From: Planctomycetota bacterium
Lineage (GTDB): Bacteria; Planctomycetota; UBA11346
Reading direction: 5' to 3'
Length of the DNA stretch: 64,000 bases
Assembly: GCA_038213805.1 (NCBI GenBank)
Contig: JBBQSO010000010.1
Location: 1 to 64,000, forward strand
The stretch's first letter is position 1; each line of letters starts with the position of its first letter. Position numbers and translations under genes: made by a program. Below the pieces are notes generated by a model that saw nothing but the letters and a program-made list of their open reading frames with translations, made no database searches and was not told where the DNA came from. Below are positions 40,389-49,800 of the stretch, piece by piece.

Positions 40389-41270
40389 ATGCTCCTCCGC
40401 CCCTGCCTGCTCGCCCTGATCGCCGCCGGCCCGCTGGCCGCGGCCGACGCGCCGGCGAAGATCCTGCTCTTCACCCGTTCGCAGGGCTTCGAGCACAGCG
40501 TCATCAAGCCGGGCAAGGAGGGCACCTGCCTGGTCGAGCGCGTCCTGACCACGCTCGGCAAGGAGCACGCCTTCACCATCACCACCACCAAAGACGGCGG
40601 CGTGTTCACCGCCGAGAAGCTGAAGGAGTACGACGCCTTCGCCTTCTACACCACCGGCGACCTGACCAAGGAGGGTGGCGACAAGAACCCGGCGATGAGC
40701 CCCGAGGGCAAGCAGGCGCTGTTCGACGCGATCAAGGCCGGCAAAGGCTTCATCGGTTTCCACAGCGCCACCGACACCTTCCATGGACCGAGCGGCGCGC
40801 ACAGCGCCAAGCAGGACGCGGAGCCCGATCCCTACGCGGTGATGATCGGCGCGGAGTTCATCGTGCACGGCGCGCAGCAGTCGCCCAAGGTCATCACCAC
40901 CGACGCCAAGTTCCCCGGCGTGGACGGCTTCGGCGCGAGCCTGGAGTTCAAAGAGGAGTGGTACTCGCTCAAGCAGCTGCAGAAGGATCTGCACGTCGTC
41001 CAGGTGCTGGACACCAGCACCATGCAGGGCTGGATGTATAAGCGCGCCGAGTACCCGGTGACCTGGGTCCACCCCTACGGCAAGGGCAAGGTCTTCTACA
41101 CCGCGATGGGCCACCGCGACGAGACTTGGGCCAGCCCGCTGTTCCTGAAGCTGATCACGAACGGCATCGACTACGCCCTGCACCGCATCACCGTCGACGA
41201 GACCCCGAACATCGACACCGTCGCGCCCAAGGCTAACGAGCTGCCGGCGCCGGAGCCCGCGAAGAAGTAG
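40389..41270 (+). CDS. Exported ThuA-like (class I GATase-like fold) protein
   Basis: Signal peptide, FTRSQGFEH, GFIGFHSATDT, EEWY and GKVFYTAMGH. Confidence 0.85.
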   Translation: MLLRPCLLALIAAGPLAAADAPAKILLFTRSQGFEHSVIKPGKEGTCLVERVLTTLGKEHAFTITTTKDGGVFTAEKLKEYDAFAFYTTGDLTKEGGDKNPAMSPEGKQALFDAIKAGKGFIGFHSATDTFHGPSGAHSAKQDAEPDPYAVMIGAEFIVHGAQQSPKVITTDAKFPGVDGFGASLEFKEEWYSLKQLQKDLHVVQVLDTSTMQGWMYKRAEYPVTWVHPYGKGKVFYTAMGHRDETWASPLFLKLITNGIDYALHRITVDETPNIDTVAPKANELPAPEPAKK

Positions 41271-41288
41271 TCCTTTGGGCCACTCGCT

Positions 41289-41320
41289 AAGCCGGCGCCG
41301 CAGAGCGCCGGCTTTTTTTT
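41289..41320 (+). terminator. Rho-independent terminator
   Basis: AAGCCGGCGC-cgcaga-GCGCCGGC followed by T8, directly after the stop at 41270. Confidence 0.9.
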
Positions 41321-41685
41321 GGCCGTGGCGGACGGTGGCCTGCCGTCGTGTGTGGCTGCAGCCGCGCGTGCGGATCCGGTGGCGGGGGGTACTCATGCGC
41401 AGCGGGCCCGCGGCGACCTGCGGCAGGGCGGTGTCGGAGTGGAGCTGGGTGTCGGTGAGCACGGCGACTCCTTGTTCCGTGGCGAGGCAGGCCTTGCTGC
41501 GCACATCGTGCATGGTGGAGATGACAGTGGGATGATGTTGGGGATGGGTGGTGGTCAGGTGGCCGTCAGGCAGCACGGAGCGGTCCGCGGCCTGCGCAGG
41601 CCGGATCAGTTGCCTGGACCCGGACCTGACGCGCTGGCGGTGGGACCACGTTGCCCCGGTCGGACGGCCCTGATAGACTGCCGGA

Positions 41686-43071
41686 ATGCACCAGGCCTTC
41701 CTCGTCATCGCGATGCTCAGCCTTTCATGCCTGTGGGACAGCGACACGTTGCGCGACGAGGCACGCCTGCGCCCGGATGTCTGGGAGGTGATCAGCGGCC
41801 AGTTCGCGCGGCATAGCGAGGCCTACTACCGCAGCCGGGTGGCGGCGATCAGCGCGCTGCCCACCCCGGACCGCGTCCAGCGCAACGACCTCGCGGTGGC
41901 GTGCATCCGACTCAAGGACCTGGCCTGGGCGGAGAAGGTCCTGACCGCGCTGCGTGCCGAGGACGCGCAGGAGTACGAGGCGCTCTCCAACTTCGCGGTG
42001 CTGCGCCGCAACCAGGGCCGCTTCGCAGAGGCCGTGCCGCTGTTCGAGCAGGCGCTGAAGCTGCGCCCCGAGGGGCATCTCGGGCTCGGCGACTGGACAC
42101 TGCGCGCGGTGCGCTGGCAGGCGCGGGTGGTGGAGGATCCGACCCTTGCTGAGCGCGAGGACTTCCTCGGACGGCCGCGGGCTGCGGAGGTCGACATGTT
42201 CCTGACCGGCAAGGAGGTCACCTCTGTAGCTTGGGACAAGCTGCCGGCAGACACCCAGGAGCATCTGCGCCTGCTCAACCTGCTACTGCGCAATTACACG
42301 GTCTTCGCGGAGGGATTCCTGACTCTCGGAGACGAGCTCGCCGCAGTCGATGACAACAGCCTGGCGATCTACGCCTACGTACGTGCCCTCGACCTGCAGC
42401 ATCCCGCCACAGCGCTGCTGCGGCAGCGCATCCGCGCGGTCGCCACGCGCGTTGGCCGCTGGTCCGGACCACTCCACTCCATCGACGACCACGGCATCGA
42501 GCGGACGGTTGACGAGATCCTCGCCGGGGCGCGCGGCGAGCTCGCGAAATGCACGCGATGGCAGGACGACTTCACGCGCCTGGAAGGCGTCCCGGTCGCC
42601 GCCGGGAAGCAGCCGTCTTTCGAGGAGACCCTGGCGGCGTGCACGGCCAAGGGCATCACGCCCTACCTGCCGACCACCGACGTCGATCGCCGAGCCGAGG
42701 TCTCGAGCATGTGGGTCGATGGCCTGGACCTGCTCAAGCGCCGGCAGTTCCCCGCCGCCGAGCAGATCCTTGCGAAGGCGTCCACCCTCGCTGAGAAAAC
42801 CATGCCGGACTCGGGAGACCGGGCGCGGCTGTTGATCGTCTATGCCGCAAGCCTCTCGCCGCAGGGCGGCGCTGCGCACCTGCGCATGGCAGCCAAGGCG
42901 CTGGAGGAGGCGGAGCGGATCTTCCGCGGCGAGGCCGACCGCGATCGTGCATCGCTGGACATGACCTTGGGAAACCTCGTCCTGGTCTATGGCGCACTCA
43001 AGGACCAGAAACAGGTGGCGGCGGTGACCGCACGACTGCAGGCACTGGTTCAGGAGCCGGCGAAACCGTGA
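41686..43071 (+). CDS. Exported TPR-repeat protein
   Basis: Short hydrophobic leader, then CLWDSDTL and TPR-like units (ALSNFAVLRRNQGRFAEAVPLFEQALKLRP). Confidence 0.72.
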   Translation: MHQAFLVIAMLSLSCLWDSDTLRDEARLRPDVWEVISGQFARHSEAYYRSRVAAISALPTPDRVQRNDLAVACIRLKDLAWAEKVLTALRAEDAQEYEALSNFAVLRRNQGRFAEAVPLFEQALKLRPEGHLGLGDWTLRAVRWQARVVEDPTLAEREDFLGRPRAAEVDMFLTGKEVTSVAWDKLPADTQEHLRLLNLLLRNYTVFAEGFLTLGDELAAVDDNSLAIYAYVRALDLQHPATALLRQRIRAVATRVGRWSGPLHSIDDHGIERTVDEILAGARGELAKCTRWQDDFTRLEGVPVAAGKQPSFEETLAACTAKGITPYLPTTDVDRRAEVSSMWVDGLDLLKRRQFPAAEQILAKASTLAEKTMPDSGDRARLLIVYAASLSPQGGAAHLRMAAKALEEAERIFRGEADRDRASLDMTLGNLVLVYGALKDQKQVAAVTARLQALVQEPAKP

Positions 43072-43205
43072 CGAAGGGGCTCCGGGGGCGGGTGGACGGC
43101 TCCACCATCGTCCCGCCCCTCGTCTTCCCAGGAATTGGCGGCAATGGATCCGCATCAGACACGTAGGAACTGACCCCGCACTGGCCAACCACCGAAAGAC
43201 TCCCC

Positions 43206-44096
43206 ATGCCCCTCCGTCCCCTGCTCTTAGCCGCCCTGCTGTCCACGCCGCTGGCCATGGCGCGCGCCGCCGAACCGGCCGCCGCCCCCGCCCCCGCCGC
43301 CGGCCCGACCTTCACCGCCGGCATCGAATACGCGAATCCTGCCGACCAGCACCTCAAGCTCGACCTGGCGATGCCGGTCGGGGCCGGGCCGTTCCCGGCG
43401 GTGATCTGCATCCACGGCGGTGGCTTCCGCGCCGGTTCGCGCGAGGGCTATGACGGCTTCTGCAAGACCCTGGCCGCGGCCGGCTATGTCGCCGCGACCA
43501 TCACCTACCGGCTGGCGCCGGCGCATCCCTTCCCGGCCGCGGTGCAGGATTGCAAGGCGGCGGTGCGTTGGCTACGCGCACACGCTTCCGAATACCATGT
43601 CGACCCGGCGCGCATCGGTGCCACCGGTGATTCGGCGGGCGGGCACCTCGCGCTGTTCCTCGGCGTCACCGCGGGCATCAAGCAGTTCGAGGGAGCGGAA
43701 AACCTTGACCAGTCCAGCGCGGTGAGCTGCGTTGTCGACCGCTACGGCCCAAGCGACTTCACCCGGGTGTATGGGAAGAGCGTCGACGCCGCCGAGGTGC
43801 TGCCGCTGTTCTTCGGCGGAGATCTCAAAGCCAAACTGCACGAGCACATCGTCGGCAGCCCGCTCAGCTGGATCACGCCCGAGGCGGCGCCGACTCTGTG
43901 CATCCACGGCACCGCCGATCCCTACGTGCCGTTCGAGCAGTCCGTGTGGGCGGTCGAACGCTTCCTGGCCTGCGGTGTCCAGGCCGAACTGCTGACCATC
44001 CCCGGTGGCAAGCACGGCTTCGGCGGCGTCGACGCGGAAAAGGCCCAGCAGGGTGCACTGGCGTTCTTCGCTGCGCACCTGCATCCAGGGCAATAA
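43206..44096 (+). CDS. Exported esterase/lipase (HSL-like / carbohydrate esterase alpha/beta hydrolase)
   Basis: IHGGGF, YRLAP, GDSAGGHLA, HGTADPYVP and GGKHGF. Confidence 0.9.
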   Translation: MPLRPLLLAALLSTPLAMARAAEPAAAPAPAAGPTFTAGIEYANPADQHLKLDLAMPVGAGPFPAVICIHGGGFRAGSREGYDGFCKTLAAAGYVAATITYRLAPAHPFPAAVQDCKAAVRWLRAHASEYHVDPARIGATGDSAGGHLALFLGVTAGIKQFEGAENLDQSSAVSCVVDRYGPSDFTRVYGKSVDAAEVLPLFFGGDLKAKLHEHIVGSPLSWITPEAAPTLCIHGTADPYVPFEQSVWAVERFLACGVQAELLTIPGGKHGFGGVDAEKAQQGALAFFAAHLHPGQ

Positions 44097-44151
44097 AGGC
44101 GGAGATGCTGCGGCCAACCGGGATGCAGCTGTCACCCGCGGGGGCGGAGCA

Positions 44152-44589
44152 TCACACCGGTGGCGAGAGCGGGACCAGGGTAACGCTGACCTGGACACCG
44201 AGCGGCAGAGGCGGCAGGCCACCGGCGGGGTGCGGTGCGCAATCCATGCGGCACGCCAGGGCGAGATCCTCCGCCACCATGTCCTCGGGATCAGGGCTTT
44301 CTGCCGGCGGCGTGCGCGCCTTCGCGCGCGCCGTCCAAGTCGCGAGAAGGGCGCAGCCAGCGCCGACGCCGGCGGCGCCCAGCAGCCAGGCGAGGGGATG
44401 GGCGCGGACGTTGTCGGCCACCGCCCGCGCAGCACGCCCAGGCCAGGAGGGCGGTACGGTCGTCTGCTCCTTTTCCCCAGTCGTTGGTGGCGTGACCTCG
44501 CCATGTTCCGCATGGGATGCCTGCCACCGCCTGAAGGCAAGGCGACGCAAATGACGACGGTTGATCGTCTGCGGAGCGGCGATGCGCAT
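44152..44589 (-). CDS. Hypothetical single-TM protein (weak ElaB/DUF883-like NVRAHPLAWLLGAAGVG segment)
   Basis: The ORF fills an intergenic gap, has one TM and has a sigma-54-like promoter upstream. Start uncertain. Confidence 0.35.
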   Translation of the reverse strand: MRIAAPQTINRRHLRRLAFRRWQASHAEHGEVTPPTTGEKEQTTVPPSWPGRAARAVADNVRAHPLAWLLGAAGVGAGCALLATWTARAKARTPPAESPDPEDMVAEDLALACRMDCAPHPAGGLPPLPLGVQVSVTLVPLSPPV

Positions 44590-44756
44590 GCGTGATGCCT
44601 CCAGGAAAAACCCTCGGCCGACCGTCGCCACGCTGAGGCACCAAAGCCATAGCAGGGGATGAGCGGAGGCCAAAGGCCGGGAATGTCCATTGCTCTGAAC
44701 GGCCGTTCCGGGTCGACCGGGGCGGTCGGTTTTCCGTTCAGTGGACGAAATAATTT

Positions 44757-44773
44757 AGCACGTCACGTGCCAA
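44757..44773 (-). promoter_or_regulatory. Putative sigma-54 (-24/-12) promoter
   Basis: Minus strand TTGGCACGTGACGTGCT has correct GG-N10-GC spacing and matches TGGCACG-N4-TTGC with one mismatch. Confidence 0.55.
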
Positions 44774-44912
44774 TGGGATCGACGACACGCGGATTGGTTC
44801 TTTGCCGGAATTTCCACCCGCTTTGCGGTCACACTGCCAGTCCTCCGCGCGCGTGGCTTCAGCGCGTCATGCAGGATGCATGACCCCGGGCCGAGACGCG
44901 GTTGCAGGCGGC

Positions 44913-45707
44913 TCAGGCCAACTCGCCCCGGAGGACGGTGCGCGCCGCCCCCGTCAGCTCGACACGACCATCACCCACGGTGACCCCGACCGTGCCGCCG
45001 CGTCGCGAACACTGCCGCCCGACCAGTTCCGTGCGGCGCAGGCGGGTGCCCCAGAAGGGGCCGAGGGCGCAGTGCGCCGAACCGGTCACGGGATCCTCGG
45101 GAATGCCGTATCTCGGCGCGAAGACCCGCGAGACGAAGTGCCAGCGCGCATCGTCGCTGCGCGCGGTGACGATCAGGGCGCGCAGGTCCAGCGCGGCGAT
45201 CGCGAGCAGATCGGGGGCCAGGCCGCGCACGGTGGCGGCGTCGTCGACCTCGACCAGCAGGTCGGTCCCGGCGCTGGCGACCGTCAGCAGGCGCGCACCG
45301 AGCGCGGTGTCGAGGTCGTCAGGCGGAGTGGTGGGCCGCACCGGCACCGCCGGGAAATCCATGGCGATCACCGACCCGCGCCGCGTGCACGCGAGCACGC
45401 CGCTGCGCGTGTGGAAGCGCAGCGCGTGCGCCGCGGGAGCCATCGCGGTCTCCCACAGCGCGTGCGCCGAGGCGAGGGTGGCGTGTCCGCACAGCTCGAC
45501 CTCGGCGACCGGGGTGAACCAGCGCAGGTCCCATTCACCGTCGCTGCGTGCCCACAGGAAAGCGGTCTCGGCCTGGTTCATCTCCGCCGCCAGCGCCTGC
45601 ATCCACTGCGCATCGACCGCACCCTGCGGCACGCACACCGCGGCGGGATTGCCGGTGAAGGGCGCATCGGCGAAGGCATCGATGAGCATCAGCATGCGGA
45701 CGGTCAT
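44913..45707 (-). CDS. PhzF family isomerase/epimerase
   Basis: DAFADAPFTGNPAAV, ETAF, LRWFTPVAEVELCGHATLA and EDPVTGSAH. Confidence 0.93.
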   Translation of the reverse strand: MTVRMLMLIDAFADAPFTGNPAAVCVPQGAVDAQWMQALAAEMNQAETAFLWARSDGEWDLRWFTPVAEVELCGHATLASAHALWETAMAPAAHALRFHTRSGVLACTRRGSVIAMDFPAVPVRPTTPPDDLDTALGARLLTVASAGTDLLVEVDDAATVRGLAPDLLAIAALDLRALIVTARSDDARWHFVSRVFAPRYGIPEDPVTGSAHCALGPFWGTRLRRTELVGRQCSRRGGTVGVTVGDGRVELTGAARTVLRGELA

Positions 45708-45805
45708 AGCCGCGGGGCTGCGACCGCAACCTCACGGCCGGCGAGGGTCAGGCAGGAACCGCAGGCCCCACCCGGGCCCAACGCCGCCGTCAGCGGCCGA
45801 CTGCC

Positions 45806-46750
45806 TCACTGGCTGCCGGCGCCACCCACCTGCATGCGCAGGCCGTAGATGCTGGTCGAGGCGGTGATGAACAGCAGATGGTGGTCCTTGCCGCCGAAGC
45901 AGATGTTGCCGGTCCAGTTCTCGGCGACGTCGATGTGCTCGATCTTCTCGCCTTTGGGGTTGAAGACCGTCACGCCTTTGTTGGTGAGGTAGACGTTGCC
46001 GTGGTCGTCGATGGTCATGCCGTCCGAGCCCATGGCGCAGAACTTGGTCTTGTCTGCGAGCGTGCCGTCGGCGTTGATGGCGTAGCGCCAGGTGATGCTG
46101 GCGCCGATGTCGGCGACGTAGAGGGTCTTGCCGTCCGGCGTGCCGATGAGGCCGTTTGGCCGGTCGAAATCGGTGATCACCGGCACCAGCTTGGCGCGGT
46201 CGGCCGCGAGGAAGTACACGCCCATGAAAGGCTGCTCGCGGTCGCCACGCTTCCAGTAATCGCGCTTGTAGAAGGGGTCGCTGAAGTACAGGCCGCCATC
46301 GGGGCGGACCCACACATCGTTTGGCGCATTGAGCAGCTTGCCGTTGTAGTCCTTGAGCAGCACGGTGACCTTGCCGGCGGGCGAGATCGACCACAGCTGG
46401 TTGTGCTCGTCAGCGCAGGCGATCAGGTCGCCGGCCGCGGTGAAGCACAGGCCGTTGGAACGGTCGCACGGCGACATGAAAACCGACAGCTTGCCGTCCA
46501 CCGACCACTCGTGGATGCGGTCGTTGGGCTGATCGGTGAAGAACACGTTGCCGGCGGCGTCGCTCGCCGGGCCCTCGGTGAAGATGAAGCCGCTGGCGAG
46601 CTTCTCGAGCGTGGCACCGGGCGCGACGATGGTGCTGGCGCTGAAGTCCTGGGCGGCATCGGCGTCGGCGCCGAGCAGCGCGGCGATGGCGGCGGCAGCG
46701 AGGCACAGCGTTCTGCGCGCGGGGCGGGGGAGGGTCGAGGATGCGTGCAT
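45806..46750 (-). CDS. SMP-30/gluconolactonase family protein, exported
   Basis: FTEGP, FTDQPNDRI, SNGL, NAPND, RPNG and DGMTID. Confidence 0.9.
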   Translation of the reverse strand: MHASSTLPRPARRTLCLAAAAIAALLGADADAAQDFSASTIVAPGATLEKLASGFIFTEGPASDAAGNVFFTDQPNDRIHEWSVDGKLSVFMSPCDRSNGLCFTAAGDLIACADEHNQLWSISPAGKVTVLLKDYNGKLLNAPNDVWVRPDGGLYFSDPFYKRDYWKRGDREQPFMGVYFLAADRAKLVPVITDFDRPNGLIGTPDGKTLYVADIGASITWRYAINADGTLADKTKFCAMGSDGMTIDDHGNVYLTNKGVTVFNPKGEKIEHIDVAENWTGNICFGGKDHHLLFITASTSIYGLRMQVGGAGSQ

Positions 46751-46966
46751 GGGCTCTCCGTAGGCGGGAATGATGGGCGCCGGGCGGCGCGAAGACAAGC
46801 CGTGAACGAGCCTTTGGCGCACTGCGCATGAACCTGTCAGCGGCCAACCAGCGGCGCGGTCCACGGCAGGGAGCAGTTGCATGGCAGGGCAGGGCAGGGC
46901 AGGTCGCGTCGGTGCGGCCAGCCGAATCGCGGCAACGGCATGACCCACGATCGTGTACCATCCCCC

Positions 46967-48001
46967 ATGCGCACCCTGCTCTGCCTGCTTGCCTCCGTCC
47001 TCGCACTCCCCGCCGTCGAGGTCGTCCCGCTGCACCTCGATGGGCTGCTCCAGCCGCAGGTCGCGGTCGGTGCGGATGGCACCGTGCACGTGGTCGGGGT
47101 CACTCCCGACGCGGACGGCTCGGATGTGGTCTACCGCCGACGGGCACCGGGTGGCACCTTCGGTGCGGCGCGCACCGTCGACGATCAGGCGAAATCGGCG
47201 ACTTGCATCGGCAGCATCCGCGGCGCGCGCCTGGCGCTCGGCCGCGCGGACAGCGTGCACATCGCCTGGAACGGGCGCGACGGCAAAGCGGTGTGGTACA
47301 GCCGCGACTTCGCACCGCAGCGCAACCTGCTGCCGCCAGGTGACGGCGTCGATGGCGGCGGCGCGATCGCGGCCGATGCCCAGGGCCATGTGGCGGTGGT
47401 CTTCCACCACCAGGCGGGCGCCACGGATGAGGAGGGCCGCCAGGTCGCGGTGGTCGCCAGCGCCGACGATGGCGCGACGCTGGCGGCGCCGCGCGCCCTG
47501 GCCCTGCCGGCCCGCGGGGTATGCGGCTGCTGCTCACTGGCGGCGGGGCTGGATGCCAAGGGCCGCGTCGAGGTGCTGGTGCGCGACGCGACCGGCGGCG
47601 CACGCGACATCTGGTTCGTCTCCGGCGACGGCACCGGCCGCGAGCTGGGACCGTGGCGGATCGCGACCTGCCCGCTGAGCACCGCCGCTTACCTGCGCCA
47701 CGGCAGCGCCACCTACCTGGCCTGGGAGCAGCAGGGCCAGGTGTGGTGGTGCCAGGCCGGCCGCGCCCCCATCTCATGCGGTCCCGGCAAGCACCCCGCG
47801 CTGGCGGTGGACGCCGCCGGCGCGGTGCTGGTGGCCTGGGCGACCGGCACTGGCTGGAACCGCGGCGGCGAAGTGCGCTGGCAGGCCTACGACCAGCGCG
47901 GCACAGCGCTCGGCGCGCCAGGGACCCAGCCCGGGTTGCCGGTCTGGGGGACGCCGGCGGCGTTCGCGGAGGGGCCGGGGAAATTCACCGTAATCTATTA
48001 G
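46967..48001 (+). CDS. Exported beta-propeller (BNR/Asp-box-like) protein with CGCC and WxIxxCP motifs
   Basis: Signal peptide, SADDGATL Asp-box-like motif and repeated HVAW/HIAW strands. Confidence 0.6.
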   Translation: MRTLLCLLASVLALPAVEVVPLHLDGLLQPQVAVGADGTVHVVGVTPDADGSDVVYRRRAPGGTFGAARTVDDQAKSATCIGSIRGARLALGRADSVHIAWNGRDGKAVWYSRDFAPQRNLLPPGDGVDGGGAIAADAQGHVAVVFHHQAGATDEEGRQVAVVASADDGATLAAPRALALPARGVCGCCSLAAGLDAKGRVEVLVRDATGGARDIWFVSGDGTGRELGPWRIATCPLSTAAYLRHGSATYLAWEQQGQVWWCQAGRAPISCGPGKHPALAVDAAGAVLVAWATGTGWNRGGEVRWQAYDQRGTALGAPGTQPGLPVWGTPAAFAEGPGKFTVIY

Positions 48002-48133
48002 ACGCGGCACCAGACCCGGGTTGCCAGGCCGCCGTTTCGTCCCAGGAGGTGCGGAATTCCCGTCTGCTCTGCGTCCGGCCGGGGTTAAGGTGGCGTTGTC
48101 ACGCACCTCCTGCCCAAGCACTGCGAGCCCCCG

Positions 48134-49711
48134 ATGCGCTTCTCGTCCTTTCGTCTGCTCCTCGCCACCGTGCTGTCCGCGGCCTGTCACGCTGCGAGCG
48201 CCGCCGAGGTCGAGGTCCTGCTCACCAAGGTTGACGACGGCGACGCCAAGCACGCCCAGTTCGAAGTCGGCGACCACTGGCGCTGCGACGTCCACCAGGA
48301 CGAGGCCTTCGCCTTGCTGCGCCGCGAGATCGTGCCGCTGACGGAGGCGTCGCCAAACCTGCCCATCGCCATCGCCATCGATCGCGGCCAGGCCTACCAG
48401 ACCATGCTCGGCTACGGCGCGGCGATGACCGAGGCGTCGGCCTCCGTGCTGATGCAGCTCAAGACGAAGAATCCGGAATTGTACGCCTACACCCTGGGCA
48501 AGCTGTTCTCGCCGACCCTGGGCGCTGGTTTCAGCGTGCTGCGCCTGCCCATGGGCGCGTCCGATTATGTTTCAACCAAGACTTATTACACCTACTGCGA
48601 CCAGGAATCGCCGGATCTTGCCGGTTTCAGCATCGCCCAGGACCAGGCGTCGGTGATCCCGGCGCTGCGTGACGCCCTGCTACTGAACCCGGAACTGAAG
48701 CTCATCGCCACGCCGTGGAGCCCGCCGGCGTGGATGAAGACCAACCGCGCGCTGATCGGGGTCACCGCCGCGGCCAAGGCCAAGGGCGAGACCTGCAGGC
48801 TGCGGCCGGAGTGCACCGCGCTCTACGCCGACTACTTCGTGAAATTCATCCAGGCCTATCAGGCCGCCGGCATCGCTATTTACGGCGTCACCCTGCAGAA
48901 CGAGCCGCAGTTCGACGCCGCCGCATATCCCTGCATGCGCATGGATGAGGACGACCAGATCCGCTTGGTGCGCGCGCTCGGCCCCAAGCTCGCGGCCAAC
49001 CACCTGGCCACGCGCATTTTCGTCCACGACCACAACTGGGTGCTGCATGCCAACGACCGCCAGGTGATCGGCGGCGACGCGAAGTTGCAGCCTGTCGACA
49101 GCGTCGCGAAGATCATGGCCGATCCCGAGGCCGCCAAATACATCGCCGGCAGCGCCTGGCACTGCTACACCGGCGGCGCCGGCGACATGAAGCACGCCTA
49201 CGACGCGACCCACGCGCGCTTCCCGCAGGGCCAGATTCTGACCACCGAGCTGTCCGGCTGGGGCCGCGACCGCGGCGGCTGGTGGGGCGACGTCGAGTGG
49301 GGCATGCGCAACTGCTGGTTGGGGCCGGAGCAGAACTGGAGCGAGTCGGCGCTGGAGTGGAACCTGGCCCTCGACCACCGCTTCGGCCCGACCCTGCGCG
49401 ACAACAGCGCCGCGATGGGCATCGTCACCATCCGCACCGACCATTTCCAAGATGTGAAGTTCGAACGCGAATTCTACGCCATGGCGCAGATGTCGAGGGC
49501 GGCACGGCCCGGTGCGCGCCGCATCGCCGCCACCATCAGCGCCGGCCCGGGCGCGGGTCTCGATCTGATCGCCTTCGCACTGCCCGCCGGCGGGACCTCG
49601 CTGGTGGTGTTCAACCGGACTGGCGGCGAGGCGGCCTTCCAGGTGGGTGAAGGGGCCAAGGCGTTCGGCTACCACCTGCCGGGTCACAGCATCGCGACGT
49701 TCACCTGGTAA
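48134..49711 (+). CDS. Glycoside hydrolase family 30
   Basis: GYGAAMT, RLPMGASD, PWSPPAWMK, acid/base QNEP, WHCY, nucleophile TTE and WNLALD. Signal peptide. Confidence 0.9.
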   Translation: MRFSSFRLLLATVLSAACHAASAAEVEVLLTKVDDGDAKHAQFEVGDHWRCDVHQDEAFALLRREIVPLTEASPNLPIAIAIDRGQAYQTMLGYGAAMTEASASVLMQLKTKNPELYAYTLGKLFSPTLGAGFSVLRLPMGASDYVSTKTYYTYCDQESPDLAGFSIAQDQASVIPALRDALLLNPELKLIATPWSPPAWMKTNRALIGVTAAAKAKGETCRLRPECTALYADYFVKFIQAYQAAGIAIYGVTLQNEPQFDAAAYPCMRMDEDDQIRLVRALGPKLAANHLATRIFVHDHNWVLHANDRQVIGGDAKLQPVDSVAKIMADPEAAKYIAGSAWHCYTGGAGDMKHAYDATHARFPQGQILTTELSGWGRDRGGWWGDVEWGMRNCWLGPEQNWSESALEWNLALDHRFGPTLRDNSAAMGIVTIRTDHFQDVKFEREFYAMAQMSRAARPGARRIAATISAGPGAGLDLIAFALPAGGTSLVVFNRTGGEAAFQVGEGAKAFGYHLPGHSIATFTW

Positions 49712-49800
49712 GCCTCGGTGAGCGCGGTGCGACTACGCACACCGGCGCTGCGCTCAGCGGGCGCGCGTGAACCACGGTGGCAGGATGGCCGGCCTCGCGC

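Noticed and set aside
41321..41480. Minus-strand AAGGAG + GTG possible small gene
   Set aside because: The frame does not close. It runs through the terminator and antisense across the ThuA gene.
44913..45707. PhzF as evidence of phenazine biosynthesis
   Set aside because: It is a stand-alone PhzF-like gene with no other phz genes.
46883..46903. (GGCAG)4 pentamer run between divergent genes
   Set aside because: Short, with no partner arm, and plausible by chance or slippage in GC-rich DNA.
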